Below are positions 8,310 to 18,458 of a stretch of 64,000 nt of DNA, one piece after another. Position 1 is the stretch's first letter. Every line of letters begins with the position of its first letter. Under the pieces are notes generated by a model that saw only the letters and a program-made list of their open reading frames with translations, made no database searches and was not told the DNA's origin. Location: the NCBI GenBank assembly GCA_963807575.1, contig CAWECD010000020.1:135037-199036 (forward strand), in the 5' to 3' direction. The stretch is from an uncultured Acidimicrobiaceae bacterium (GTDB lineage Bacteria; Actinomycetota; Acidimicrobiia; Acidimicrobiales; Bog-793). Both the position numbers and the translations under genes were made by a program.

Positions 8310-11300
8310 TCGGCCCCTTCCTTCTTGCGACCTTCAACACCTGAGTCCACTTCGGTTTCCACGTCGGACGCGATCTGGGGAACAGAGCGTTGCACCGTGG
8401 CCAGCTGCTCGTAGTACCGCCACCGCTCGATCACATCGGCCTGGGCCAGTTCGGACAGGCGAGCCGCCTGGCGAGGGTAAGTCCGGGCCAGCGTGGCATA
8501 GCGGGCCTCGCTGGCGGTGAACTCGGCGAGCGGGATCGATGGTGCCTTGGAGTCGAGCTGGAAGGGCTGGCCCGCCTCGGCCTGGGACGGATGGAACCGG
8601 TACAAGGGCCAATAGCCGGACCGGACAGCGTCCTTCTGGTGCGTCATCGACGTGGCCATCTCGATGCCGTGGGCAATGCAGGTCGAGTAGGCGATGATCA
8701 GCGATGTTCCGGGATAGGCGTCGGCCTCGAGCAGAGTCTTGGTCGCTTGCGTGTCGTTGGCCCCGATGGCGATCTGGGCGACGTACACGTTGCCATAAGA
8801 GCGAGCCACCGCACCGAGGTCCTTCTTCGCCGACTCCTTGCCGGCCGCAGCGAACTTGGCCATTGCACCCCGCTGCGTGGCCTTTGACGCCTGGCCACCG
8901 GTGTTCGAATAGACCTCCGTGTCGAGCACGAGGATGTTCACGTCGCGGCCGGAGGACAGGACATGGTCGAGACCACCAAAGCCGATGTCGTAGGCCCAAC
9001 CGTCGCCGCCGAAGATCCAAACGCTCTTGCGGACCAAGGCGCTCGTCAATGCCAGCAGATGGCGGGCGCGCAGTGCAACGGCGTCGTCGCCGGAAGCCAC
9101 CAGTTGGCCCAACTTCTCGTCGAGATCGGCGACGCGTCGCCGCTGGGCGAACACCGCCTCCTCCTCATCCTGAACGGCGTCCAGTATGGAGCCGGCCAAC
9201 TCCTGGCCCACCTCCCAGGAGAGCGACCTGAGCAGGGCACGAGCCCCTGTCTGTTGCGCCTCGAGACCGAGCCGGATGCCGAGGCCGAACTCGGCGTTGT
9301 CCTCGAACAGTGAGTTGGCCCAAGCCGGCCCGCGCCCTTCGGCGTTCGTCGCCCAGGGAGTTGTCGGCAGGTTGCCGCCGTAGATCGAAGAGCAGCCCGT
9401 GGCATTGGCCACCAGCATGCGGTCCCCGAACAGCTGGCTGGCCAGCTTCAGGTAAGGCGTCTCCCCACAACCGTCACAAGCTCCGGAGAACTCGAACAGT
9501 GGCTGGAGGGTCTGCGAGCCTTTCACCGAATCGTGGGGCAGGAGGGAGCGGTCCAGCTCCGGGATGGACAGGAAGAAGTCCCAGTGATCCCGCAGCCGCT
9601 CGCGACGCCCGAGCGCAGGTTCCATGTTGATTGACTTGTGCTTGGCCTCGGTCTTGGACTTCGCCGGGCACACGTCGACACAGACACCGCAGCCGGTGCA
9701 GTCGTCAACTGCCACCTGGAGGGACATGTGGTGACCGGGCAGATCCTTGGAACGGAAAGGCTTTGACAAGAACCCGTCAGGGGCCCCGACGAGCGCTTCG
9801 GGAGGGAACACCTTCATCCGGATGACTGCGTGCGGGCAGACGATCGTGCACTTGCCGCAGTCGATGCAGATGTCCGGGTCCCACATCGGCATCTCCAACG
9901 CGAGGGCCCGCTTCTCGTAGCGAGTGGTCCCTGATGGGAAGCGCCCGTCCGCCGGAAGAGCGGACACGGGCAAGAGGTCGCCCTGACCGTCCATGAGCAT
10001 TGAGGTCACGTGCCGGACGAAGTCCGGGGCGGACTCGGGGACAGCGACGCCGATCGATCCGGAGGCGGTCTTCTCTTCGGGGATCTCCACCTGGGCCATG
10101 TTGGCAAGTGCCGCGTCGATGGCCACAAAGTTGCGTTCCACGACGGTGCGACCCCGTTTGCCGTAAGCCTTGGTGACCGAGGCCTTGATCTCGGTCACCG
10201 CCTTTTCGGCCGGCAACACCCCCGAGAGGGCAAAGAAGCACGGCTGCATCACTGTGTTGATCCGGCCGCCCAGTTGGGCCTCAACCGCGACCTTGTTCGC
10301 ATCGATCACCCAGAACTTGATGTGCTTGTCCTGCAATTGGTGCTGCACTCTGCCCGGCAGCTGGTCCCACACCTCCAGTGGCCCGTAGGGGCTGTTGAGC
10401 AGGAAGGTCGCTCCGTCCCTGGCGACATCGAGGATGTCCACGCGGCTGAGAAGGCCGAACTGATGGCAGGCGACGAAGTCGGCGTCGCTTATGAGATAGG
10501 TCGAGTTGATGGGCTCGGGCCCGAATCGCAGGTGCGAGGCGGTCATGGCGCCTGACTTCTTCGAGTCGTACACGAAGTAGCCCTGCACGAAGTCGTCGGT
10601 CGCGTCGACGATGATCTTGGCGCTGTTCTTGTTGGCGCCGACGGTGCCGTCAGATCCCAGTCCGAAGAACACTGCCTGGACTTCGTTGGCTGGCCTCGCC
10701 GGGCGGAAGTCCTTGTCCCAAGGAAGGCTCAGCGACGTCACGTCGTCGAAGATGCCGACAGTGAAGTGACGCTTGGGCCGATCGCTGCTCAACTCGTCGA
10801 GAACGGCCTTGGCCATGGCCGGTGTGAATTCCTTGGAAGACAGCCCGTAACGGCCTCCGATGATCCGCGGCCGTTCACTGAAGGCCGGTTCCGCGTCTTC
10901 CATCGCCTCGGCCACCGCCGCGCGAACATCGAGATAAAGCGGCTCGCCAACAGCGCCGGGCTCCTTGGTGCGGTCGAGCACGGCGACCGAGCGGACGCTC
11001 GGCGGAAGGGCGGAGACGAACTGTTCAGCCGGGAAAGGCCGGTAGAGGCGGACGGTCACCATCCCCACCCGCTCCCCGTCCTTGACGAGGGCGTCAACCG
11101 CCTCGCGCGCCGCGCCGACGCCAGAGCCCATGAGCACCACGACCCGCTCGGCGTCGGGAGCGCCGTGATACTCAGCGAGGCTGTATGAGCGTCCTGTCCT
11201 CTGTGCGAGAGTGTCCATCGTTGCCTGCACGATCCCAGGGACGGCCAGGTGATAGGGATTCGATGCCTCGCGAGATTGAAAGAACACGTCGGGGTTCTGT

Positions 11301-11959
11301 GCCGTGCCCCTCACGTCGGGACTGTCAGGGTTCATTCCCCGGCCGCGGAACTCGATTATCGCGTCATCTTCGATGAGCGCGGCCATGTCCTCGGTCGAGA
11401 GCAGGGCGATCTTCGCCAGCTCGTGGGAGGTTCGAAAACCGTCGAAGAAGTGGAGGAACGGCACGCGCGCCCGCAGGGTCGCAGCGTGGGCGATCAGGGC
11501 GAAGTCCTGGGCCTCTTGGACCGAGCTAGCTGCCAGCATGGCCCAGCCTGTAGTCCGGGCGTGCATCACATCAGAGTGATCGCCGAAGATCGACAGGGCA
11601 TGAGTCGCGATCGTGCGGGCGGCGACATGGATCACCGCCGGAGTCAGCTCTCCGGCGATCTTGAACATGTTGGGCACCATCAACAAAAGGCCCTGCGACG
11701 CGGTGAACGTCGTGGCCAGGGCTCCCTTTTGCAAAGCACCGTGGAAGGTGCCCGCCGCGCCGGCTTCCGATTGCATCTCGATGACATCGGGCACTTGTCC
11801 CCAGAGGTTCTCTTTGCCTGCGGTTGCCCAGTCGTCGGCGAGCTCACCCATAGGCGACGCCGGCGTGATCGGGTAGATCGCGATCACTTCCGAGAGGGCG
11901 TAGGCGACGCGGGCAGCGGCCTCGTTGCCATCAACGCAGACCCACTGGCGTTCGTACAC
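8306..11959 (-). CDS. nifJ: Pyruvate:ferredoxin (flavodoxin) oxidoreductase
   Basis: 1217-aa single-chain PFOR. It has two 4Fe-4S ferredoxin motifs (CIDCGKCTIVCP, CTGCGVCVDVCP) and a C-terminal TPP-binding region (GGDGWAYDIG). Confidence 0.95.
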   Translation of the reverse strand: MYERQWVCVDGNEAAARVAYALSEVIAIYPITPASPMGELADDWATAGKENLWGQVPDVIEMQSEAGAAGTFHGALQKGALATTFTASQGLLLMVPNMFKIAGELTPAVIHVAARTIATHALSIFGDHSDVMHARTTGWAMLAASSVQEAQDFALIAHAATLRARVPFLHFFDGFRTSHELAKIALLSTEDMAALIEDDAIIEFRGRGMNPDSPDVRGTAQNPDVFFQSREASNPYHLAVPGIVQATMDTLAQRTGRSYSLAEYHGAPDAERVVVLMGSGVGAAREAVDALVKDGERVGMVTVRLYRPFPAEQFVSALPPSVRSVAVLDRTKEPGAVGEPLYLDVRAAVAEAMEDAEPAFSERPRIIGGRYGLSSKEFTPAMAKAVLDELSSDRPKRHFTVGIFDDVTSLSLPWDKDFRPARPANEVQAVFFGLGSDGTVGANKNSAKIIVDATDDFVQGYFVYDSKKSGAMTASHLRFGPEPINSTYLISDADFVACHQFGLLSRVDILDVARDGATFLLNSPYGPLEVWDQLPGRVQHQLQDKHIKFWVIDANKVAVEAQLGGRINTVMQPCFFALSGVLPAEKAVTEIKASVTKAYGKRGRTVVERNFVAIDAALANMAQVEIPEEKTASGSIGVAVPESAPDFVRHVTSMLMDGQGDLLPVSALPADGRFPSGTTRYEKRALALEMPMWDPDICIDCGKCTIVCPHAVIRMKVFPPEALVGAPDGFLSKPFRSKDLPGHHMSLQVAVDDCTGCGVCVDVCPAKSKTEAKHKSINMEPALGRRERLRDHWDFFLSIPELDRSLLPHDSVKGSQTLQPLFEFSGACDGCGETPYLKLASQLFGDRMLVANATGCSSIYGGNLPTTPWATNAEGRGPAWANSLFEDNAEFGLGIRLGLEAQQTGARALLRSLSWEVGQELAGSILDAVQDEEEAVFAQRRRVADLDEKLGQLVASGDDAVALRARHLLALTSALVRKSVWIFGGDGWAYDIGFGGLDHVLSSGRDVNILVLDTEVYSNTGGQASKATQRGAMAKFAAAGKESAKKDLGAVARSYGNVYVAQIAIGANDTQATKTLLEADAYPGTSLIIAYSTCIAHGIEMATSMTHQKDAVRSGYWPLYRFHPSQAEAGQPFQLDSKAPSIPLAEFTASEARYATLARTYPRQAARLSELAQADVIERWRYYEQLATVQRSVPQIASDVETEVDSGVEGRKKEGAE

Positions 11960-12237
11960 GCTGTCTCCTTGGCTTGTCGGACTACTGCCCCATTTCTAGT
12001 GAAACGGTGACAGAAGGACGGCGGACGGCTCCAACTTTGGAGATCGGACCGGTGCATCAACCCTATCGCAGGCCCGTCGGGCGACCATATCGGGAAGGCG
12101 CGCCTCTGGCCAGCGGTGGGTCGAGAGCGTTCAGCCTGTGCGCTGCCAGCCTTGCGGGCAGCTCGAGTGGGGTCCCGGTCCGAAAGGCTGTCATAGCTGG
12201 TGGACCTTGTGCGCGTTGCTGAGCTAAGAAGATCGAC

Positions 12238-12738
12238 ATGGAAGAGCTGAGCCGTGGCCCATCCCGGGTCGCCGAGGAGCTCCTCCGTCTCGGCGTCACA
12301 AGCGCCGTGAAGGAGATGCCCGAGAGCACCAGGACAGCGGTAGAGGCTGCAGCCGCCTTGGGCTGTGATGTCGCCCAGATCGTGAAGTCACTGATCTTCC
12401 GCTCCGTCGCTGCCGACGAGGCGCTGCTGGTCCTGGTGTCGGGTGCAGACCGCGTTGACGAGCCTCGCCTGGCGCAGGTCGTCGGTGAGCAGGTGGAGAA
12501 GGCCACCGGCAATTTTGTGCGGGCCCGCACCGGGTACGCCATCGGAGGCGTCCCACCCGTGGGGCACAGCCAGCCTCTCGTCACCTATCTCGACGAGCAC
12601 CTGCTCGATCACGCCCTCGTGTGGGCCGCAGCCGGCACGCCGAGGGCTGTCTTTCCGATCAAGCCCGCCGATCTCCTCCGAATCACGTCGGCCAAGGTCG
12701 TGGCTGTCGCGGCTGCACAAGTGCCCGCCGCGTATTGA
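12238..12738 (+). CDS. YbaK/EbsC-family aminoacyl-tRNA deacylase domain protein
   Basis: 166-aa ORF with IVKSLIF...LVLVSG...GYAIGGVPPVGH, the YbaK/ProX-type editing-domain pattern. Confidence 0.78.
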   Translation: MEELSRGPSRVAEELLRLGVTSAVKEMPESTRTAVEAAAALGCDVAQIVKSLIFRSVAADEALLVLVSGADRVDEPRLAQVVGEQVEKATGNFVRARTGYAIGGVPPVGHSQPLVTYLDEHLLDHALVWAAAGTPRAVFPIKPADLLRITSAKVVAVAAAQVPAAY

Positions 12739-12817
12739 GCGCGCCCGGGTGCAGCCGGCGAGCGGGTGAGGGTCACGTCGGGTCGTCAATCAGGTTGGAG
12801 CCGGCGGGGACGAGTTT

Positions 12818-15658
12818 GTGCGCCACGGTCGGTACGATCCGTCCGTGCCGCAAGAGACGGGCGAGTCGCCTGACGCTCGGACCTACGTGCGAGACCCCAT
12901 CACCTCCTACGACGCCGCCCCGACAGAGGAGCGCCACGCCGCACTGCGGCGAGATATCCGTCTCGTTGCTTCCTTGCTCGGCGATGAGCTTGCCCGTGTC
13001 GAAGGTCAGGCATTCCTCGACCTCGTAGGACAGATTCGAGGCGTCGCCAAACTCGAGTGGTCAGAGGGCGAACAGGCGCGAAGTGGCGGACTCGCCGATC
13101 AACTTCCGGACGTCCCGACAGGCACGGCACTTCTCCTCGCGCGTGCGTTCGCCGCCTACTTCCAGCTCGCCAACGTCACCGAGCAGGTCCACCGCGCGGC
13201 AGAGCTCAGCCAGGCCCGGCGAGCGGAGCGAACCTGGCTGAGGGTCACTCTGGACCGAATCGCGGAGCAGGGGATCGACCGAGAAAGCGTCGCGGCAGCC
13301 CTTTCGCGCCTTGAGTTCCGTCCCGTGTTCACGGCACACCCGACCGAGTCGGCGCGCCGTTCGGTTCTGTCGAAACTCCTCGATGTGGCGCACATTGTGC
13401 AAGCGCTTCGAGCCGATCCGACACCGGCAGAGGAGAGGCGACTCGTCGGTCGGCTTCGCGAGACGATCCTGCTGTTGTGGCAGACGAGCGAGCTTCGAGT
13501 CGGTCGTCTGCGACCCGAGGACGAGGCTCAGAACGTCCTCTATTACCTGTCCCAGCTCTATGACAGCGCCGTGCCAACGCTCCTCGAGGACCTCGATGAC
13601 GAACTCGCCCGGCACGGCATCGTCCTTGGTTTCTCAACTTCTACCCTTCGCTTCGGTTCTTGGGTCGGCGGCGATCGCGACGGCAACCCATCGGTCACCC
13701 CGGCTGTCACGACCGATGTGCTGCTCATGCAACACGAGCTTGGATTCCGAAAGCTCGTCGGGCTCGTCGACCAACTGACGCGGACGCTCTCCAACTCGAC
13801 GGCGATAGTTGACGTCTCCGGCGCGCTCTTGGCGAGCCTGGAGGCGGACCGCGTCTCGCTACCGGGGGTGTACGACCGCTACATGGGCCTCGACGCGGAG
13901 GAGCCGTACCGGCTGAAGTGCTCCTACATGCGCCAGCGGCTTGTCAACACCCGAGCACGACTGGCAGCGGGCACAGCGCACGTGCCCGGCGAGGACTATG
14001 CGGACCTAGAGCCATTCATCGATGAGCTGCAGCTGTTGAGTGACTCCCTCGCAGCCAATCGAGGCGAGGCCATCGCCGAGGGGCTTCTGCGTCGCATGGG
14101 TCGTCTCGTCAGGACCTTCGGGTTCCACCTTGCAACCCTCGACGTGCGTGAGAATGCTGAAGCGCACCACAAGGTGCTCGGCGAGATCTTCGATCAACTC
14201 GGAGAGCTCCCGAGACCGTATGGGCAGCTTGACCGCTCCGAACGAAGCGTCGTGCTGCGGACGGAGTTGAGCAGCGCACGGCCCCTAGGAGTTTCCCGCT
14301 TCGCGCTCTCGCCACGAGCTGCGACGACCTATGCGACCTTTGAGTCGGTCGCGGCCGCGCTCAACCGCTTCGGTGACGGAGTGATCGAGAGCTACGTCAT
14401 ATCGATGACCGAAGGGGTCGACGATGTTCTCGCCACGGTCGTGCTTGCGCGCGAGGCCGGGCTGATCGATTCGCGTGGGCGCTGGGCCCGGATAGGCATC
14501 GTCCCGCTCTTCGAACGCGTGGCCGAGCTACGCGGCTCGGGTGCTCTGCTTGAGGAACTTCTTTCGGATCCGAGCTATCGAGCGGTGGTCGCGGCGCGCG
14601 GAGACGTCCAGGAGGTCATGGTCGGTTACTCCGATTCGAACAAGGACGCTGGTATCACGACCTCCCAGTGGGAGATCTACAAAGCGCAAGGCGTGCTGCG
14701 GGACGTCGCCCAGCGCAACGGCGTTGCACTGCGACTGTTCCACGGCCGGGGAGGGACAGTCGGACGAGGCGGTGGGCCGTCAGCCGAGGCGATCTTGGCT
14801 CAGCCGGAGCGAACTGTGGAAGCGTTCCTCAAGGTCACCGAGCAGGGAGAGGTCATCTCCGACAAGTACAACCTCGCGGAGCTTGCGCGGGAGAATCTCG
14901 AGGCGAGCCTTGCCGCGGTGATTGAGTCGAGCCTCCTCCACAGCTCGTCGCTGGGCACTGACACCGCGTCCGATCGCTGGCATGAGGTCATGGAAGCGGT
15001 CTCCTCGGTCGCCGAGCGTGCCTATCGCAAGCTGCTCGGGAACGAGGGTTTGGCTCAGTACTTCATGTCCTCGACACCGGTGGCCGAGCTCAACGAGTTG
15101 AATCTCGGCTCACGGCCTGCCTATCGCCCTGAGTCGGGGTCAGACCTGGCTGCGCTTAGGGCGATTCCCTGGGTGTTCGGGTGGACTCAGTCCCGCCAGA
15201 TCATCCCGGGGTGGTTCGGCGTCGGGTCCGGGCTCGCGGCGGCGCGCAAAAGGGGCGCAGGGCAGGCTCTCGGTGAGATGTACGCGAGGTGGCCCTTCTT
15301 TAGGACCTTTGTCGGCAACGTCGAGATGACGCTCGCGAAGACCGACATGGACATCGCGTGGCTATATGTCAAGTCACTTGTCGAGCATGACAAGCATGCG
15401 ATATTCGAGGAGATTGCCGATGAGCATGCGCGTACCGTTGCCGAGATTCTCAATCTGACGGGCGAGTCCACTCTGATTGAGGCGAGGCCCCTCCTGCGGC
15501 GAACCCTCGCGGTGCGCGCCGATTATCTCCGGCCGGTCCACTACCTCCAGGTCGAACTGCTCGGAAGGCACCGGTCTGGCTCCGAGGAACCGGAGTTGCG
15601 GCGGGCGCTCCTCATCACGGTGAACGCGATCGCCGCCGGGCTGCGAAACACCGGCTGA
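12818..15658 (+). CDS. ppc: Phosphoenolpyruvate carboxylase
   Basis: Hallmark motifs FTAHPTE, VGYSDSNKDAG, FHGRGGTVGRGGGP and the C-terminal ...NTG. The start is uncertain (GTG 12818 or GTG 12845). Confidence 0.95.
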   Translation: MRHGRYDPSVPQETGESPDARTYVRDPITSYDAAPTEERHAALRRDIRLVASLLGDELARVEGQAFLDLVGQIRGVAKLEWSEGEQARSGGLADQLPDVPTGTALLLARAFAAYFQLANVTEQVHRAAELSQARRAERTWLRVTLDRIAEQGIDRESVAAALSRLEFRPVFTAHPTESARRSVLSKLLDVAHIVQALRADPTPAEERRLVGRLRETILLLWQTSELRVGRLRPEDEAQNVLYYLSQLYDSAVPTLLEDLDDELARHGIVLGFSTSTLRFGSWVGGDRDGNPSVTPAVTTDVLLMQHELGFRKLVGLVDQLTRTLSNSTAIVDVSGALLASLEADRVSLPGVYDRYMGLDAEEPYRLKCSYMRQRLVNTRARLAAGTAHVPGEDYADLEPFIDELQLLSDSLAANRGEAIAEGLLRRMGRLVRTFGFHLATLDVRENAEAHHKVLGEIFDQLGELPRPYGQLDRSERSVVLRTELSSARPLGVSRFALSPRAATTYATFESVAAALNRFGDGVIESYVISMTEGVDDVLATVVLAREAGLIDSRGRWARIGIVPLFERVAELRGSGALLEELLSDPSYRAVVAARGDVQEVMVGYSDSNKDAGITTSQWEIYKAQGVLRDVAQRNGVALRLFHGRGGTVGRGGGPSAEAILAQPERTVEAFLKVTEQGEVISDKYNLAELARENLEASLAAVIESSLLHSSSLGTDTASDRWHEVMEAVSSVAERAYRKLLGNEGLAQYFMSSTPVAELNELNLGSRPAYRPESGSDLAALRAIPWVFGWTQSRQIIPGWFGVGSGLAAARKRGAGQALGEMYARWPFFRTFVGNVEMTLAKTDMDIAWLYVKSLVEHDKHAIFEEIADEHARTVAEILNLTGESTLIEARPLLRRTLAVRADYLRPVHYLQVELLGRHRSGSEEPELRRALLITVNAIAAGLRNTG

Positions 15659-15865
15659 CATCCCAGTCGTTGCCCTTTTAGGACCAAGCCCGTTGACCCG
15701 GCCGCTGTGAGCATTGGGTCCGAGTCCTCTCCCAGTCCCGCGAACTCGAGGTCCCCAGCAGAGCCGTATCCCAGGCCAACGCCCAGGCCGACGCCCACGA
15801 CGAGCCGGCCCCGGGACGCCCGGTCGAGGGTTCACTACTGCCGCGTGCTGAACGGTCAGGATGAG

Positions 15866-16228
15866 ATGATGGTCGCCACTCCCGCTGTCGACTTCCTCGT
15901 CCGTAGCGGCATCGCTCACCGCTTGCACGAGTACGTTCACGACCCGGCGGCGGCCGAGCGCGCGACCGGCTACGTGGTCGGGGGCATAAGCCCGTTCGGC
16001 CAGAAGCGTCGCCTTTCGACCATTGTCGACGAGAGTGCTTCGGGCTGGCCTACGGTATTCGTCAATGGCGGTCGGCGGGGCCTCGAGCTCGAGCTCGAGC
16101 TCGCGCCCGCAGATCTGGTCGCCTTGACGGGCGCGTCCCTCGCACCGATCGCTCGCGCCCCCAAGCGGCGGAGCCGCCACACCGACGCCCGACAGGGTAG
16201 GTCGCTACGCGATCGGGAAGATCCGTAA
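15866..16228 (+). CDS. YbaK-like Cys-tRNA(Pro) deacylase with a large internal deletion (possible pseudogene)
   Basis: ATG-ATG at 15866. The N-terminus (ATPAVDFLVRSGIAHRLHEYVHDP) joins directly to the C-terminal block (ATGYVVGGISPFGQKRRLSTIVDES...GGRRGLELEL). About 70 residues of a canonical YbaK are missing between them. Confidence 0.55.
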   Translation: MMVATPAVDFLVRSGIAHRLHEYVHDPAAAERATGYVVGGISPFGQKRRLSTIVDESASGWPTVFVNGGRRGLELELELAPADLVALTGASLAPIARAPKRRSRHTDARQGRSLRDREDP

Positions 16229-16335
16229 CTCTTGCCTACAGGTGCTGGGCACTGACCCCGGAAGACGCCTGTGGTTTCGGCGCGACACCGGCCGGGGAAG
16301 GCCGCCCATGAAGAGTGCCTTCGATGCAGGACGGA

Positions 16336-17823
16336 TCAGCTGACCGCGACACTCTCCTTCGAATGGTGGTGCACAGGCCAGCCCAGATACTTGACCATCG
16401 CCTCAGCGAGAATTCCTGCCACCCGGCTTTGTGCGAGAGCAACGTGATGCTCGAAGCCGTTTTCACAGATGTACGCCAACAGCTCCTGGAGGTGAGGGAC
16501 GCGGACGACCCCGTAGCCGCCGAAGGTGTCGAGGGGGTCGTGGGTGAACGCGCCTTCGCCCACGTAAGCGGACATTCGACCCGCCGTGTCGTCCGTGGAC
16601 ACGCGCAAATACGTGAACGCGCCCGGCTTTACTCGGCCGACGATCGTGCCAAAGGCGTTCTCGGCACCAAAGGTGTTGGCGAGAATCGCGTTGCTGTCCA
16701 TGCGCGGCCTCTTGTCGACCATGATCGTCTTGGGCAGGTTGGAGCAATGGAAAACCACTGCCTTGTCAGGATCGTCGCCATAGTTGTTGTTCCAGTCCAC
16801 CAAGGCTGCGGGGCTGCCTGAGGCGAGGACCAACGCCAGCATGCTGAGAGCGCCCGTGACGTCCGCCTCACATGCCGCCGGCAATAGGCCATCGCTCGCC
16901 ATGCTCATGATCGTGCAGGGAACAACACCGAAGTTCTCCTGCATCGAGCTCCAGCATTGAATCGAGATCGCGTCAAGTTGATTGGCCTGCCGCCATTCGT
17001 CGATCACCACGCCCAGCTTTGCCATCTTTGTCACCGCCGCTTCGGGAACGCGCCGACAGCTGCTGTACCCTTTGATGGCCTGCCGCTTGAGCTCGATCGC
17101 GCTGTCATTGGCATCGAGACGGTCGATGCGGCCAAAAACGTCGGATAGGTCCAAGGTCTCGACACTGATGCCCGCACGCTCCAGCAGCTTCTCGCTGAAG
17201 CGCACCGTGGTGAAGTTCGCTGGACGCGCACCAATAAGGCCGATACGAGCACGCCGAAGTCCCCGAACAAGCCGACACATAGCCACAAAGTCACCCAAGT
17301 CAGCTTTGAAGGAATCGCCAGTCGGGTCGGACGTATGCTGGGTAGTTAGAGAATAACGTATACCGTACTGCCGCAAGTTGCTGCAGACGCTCATCTTGCC
17401 ACAAAAGCTGTCACGTCGCTGGTCGATAGTCATATGAACAGGATCGTCAGGAAAGGCGTGCACAAGCACTGGCACGTCAAGGCCTGCGAACCTTATTGTG
17501 TTCGCGACGGCCCGTTCGTCACCGAAATTCGGCAGCGTGACTATTAATCCATCTATCTGGTCACTGTGATCCTTGAACACCTCAGCGCACAGCCGAGCCT
17601 CCGCTAGCGACTCGATCGCGCCATAACTAGTGGCGTTGACATCCGGAACGATCGCCTGGATGCCCCCTTCTTCCAAGGCCCGCAGGATGAGCTCCCTGCC
17701 TTCGGCTGCGAGATGGTGCGGGAAGAAGCCCCGATTGCCGACGATCACGCCAAGCGTGACGGGACGTGCCAGCGGCGAGGGGTCAGCTTGCGGGCGGGCA
17801 AGGAACGAAGGAATACTAGCCAT
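16336..17823 (-). CDS. L-fucose/L-arabinose isomerase-family protein
   Basis: 495-aa ORF. Its overall pattern (LGVIVGNRGFFP..., central Rossmann-like region, C-terminal barrel) fits the family as I remember it. No adjacent sugar kinase or aldolase gene. Confidence 0.7.
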   Translation of the reverse strand: MASIPSFLARPQADPSPLARPVTLGVIVGNRGFFPHHLAAEGRELILRALEEGGIQAIVPDVNATSYGAIESLAEARLCAEVFKDHSDQIDGLIVTLPNFGDERAVANTIRFAGLDVPVLVHAFPDDPVHMTIDQRRDSFCGKMSVCSNLRQYGIRYSLTTQHTSDPTGDSFKADLGDFVAMCRLVRGLRRARIGLIGARPANFTTVRFSEKLLERAGISVETLDLSDVFGRIDRLDANDSAIELKRQAIKGYSSCRRVPEAAVTKMAKLGVVIDEWRQANQLDAISIQCWSSMQENFGVVPCTIMSMASDGLLPAACEADVTGALSMLALVLASGSPAALVDWNNNYGDDPDKAVVFHCSNLPKTIMVDKRPRMDSNAILANTFGAENAFGTIVGRVKPGAFTYLRVSTDDTAGRMSAYVGEGAFTHDPLDTFGGYGVVRVPHLQELLAYICENGFEHHVALAQSRVAGILAEAMVKYLGWPVHHHSKESVAVS

Positions 17824-18458
17824 CGGTTCTCCTTATGAGCGAAGCACCAACCTGGTCAGGGCCCACGTTCTGATTGAGACGTGAACCTGACTCTACTAGG
17901 TTTCTGCTGGTGGCACGCTATCGACGGGTTGACGACCGGTGTCGGCAACATTCTCCGGAGTGTGTCCTCGTCAGGAGTCGGTGCCACGACGGTGATACGG
18001 TTGATGCTGAGTCAGCACGCAAGCGACACAAGCGGCTCTGAATGGGTGATCATCAGAGCCGTATATGAGTGTTGCAATGCGGAGCGACTATGGTGGATCG
18101 TCCTCGTCGAGGACTGAAGGACGATGCGAACGTGCCACTTCGGCCTCGAGAGGCATTGGATTGAGCTCGTCACGTCTTGACGCATCCCTAGGGCCAGGGA
18201 AGGCGCCGCACACAAGGACGCCCGCGGAGAAGTACAACCGGTGCGACACCTGAGGACCGGTGTGATGAATCGAGGATGCTCCTGTTCGGGGGCAGACGAG
18301 GGCGCGAAGACTCGTGGCCCTGGTTGCAAGGTCGCGTTCTCCTGTCTATTTGCCTGGCCGTTGCGCACGCTGCGGCGGAGATGTCTACTATCGTAAAAGT
18401 AAGTCCGGCGCCATTGGGGGGCCGAGGAAGTATCGGAGCCAAGGACAAGGGAAGAACG

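Noticed and set aside
16082-16099. A (CTCGAG)x3 hexanucleotide tandem run.
   Set aside because: It lies in frame inside the YbaK-like ORF (encoding LELELE) and is too short to be more than a slippage-prone microsatellite.
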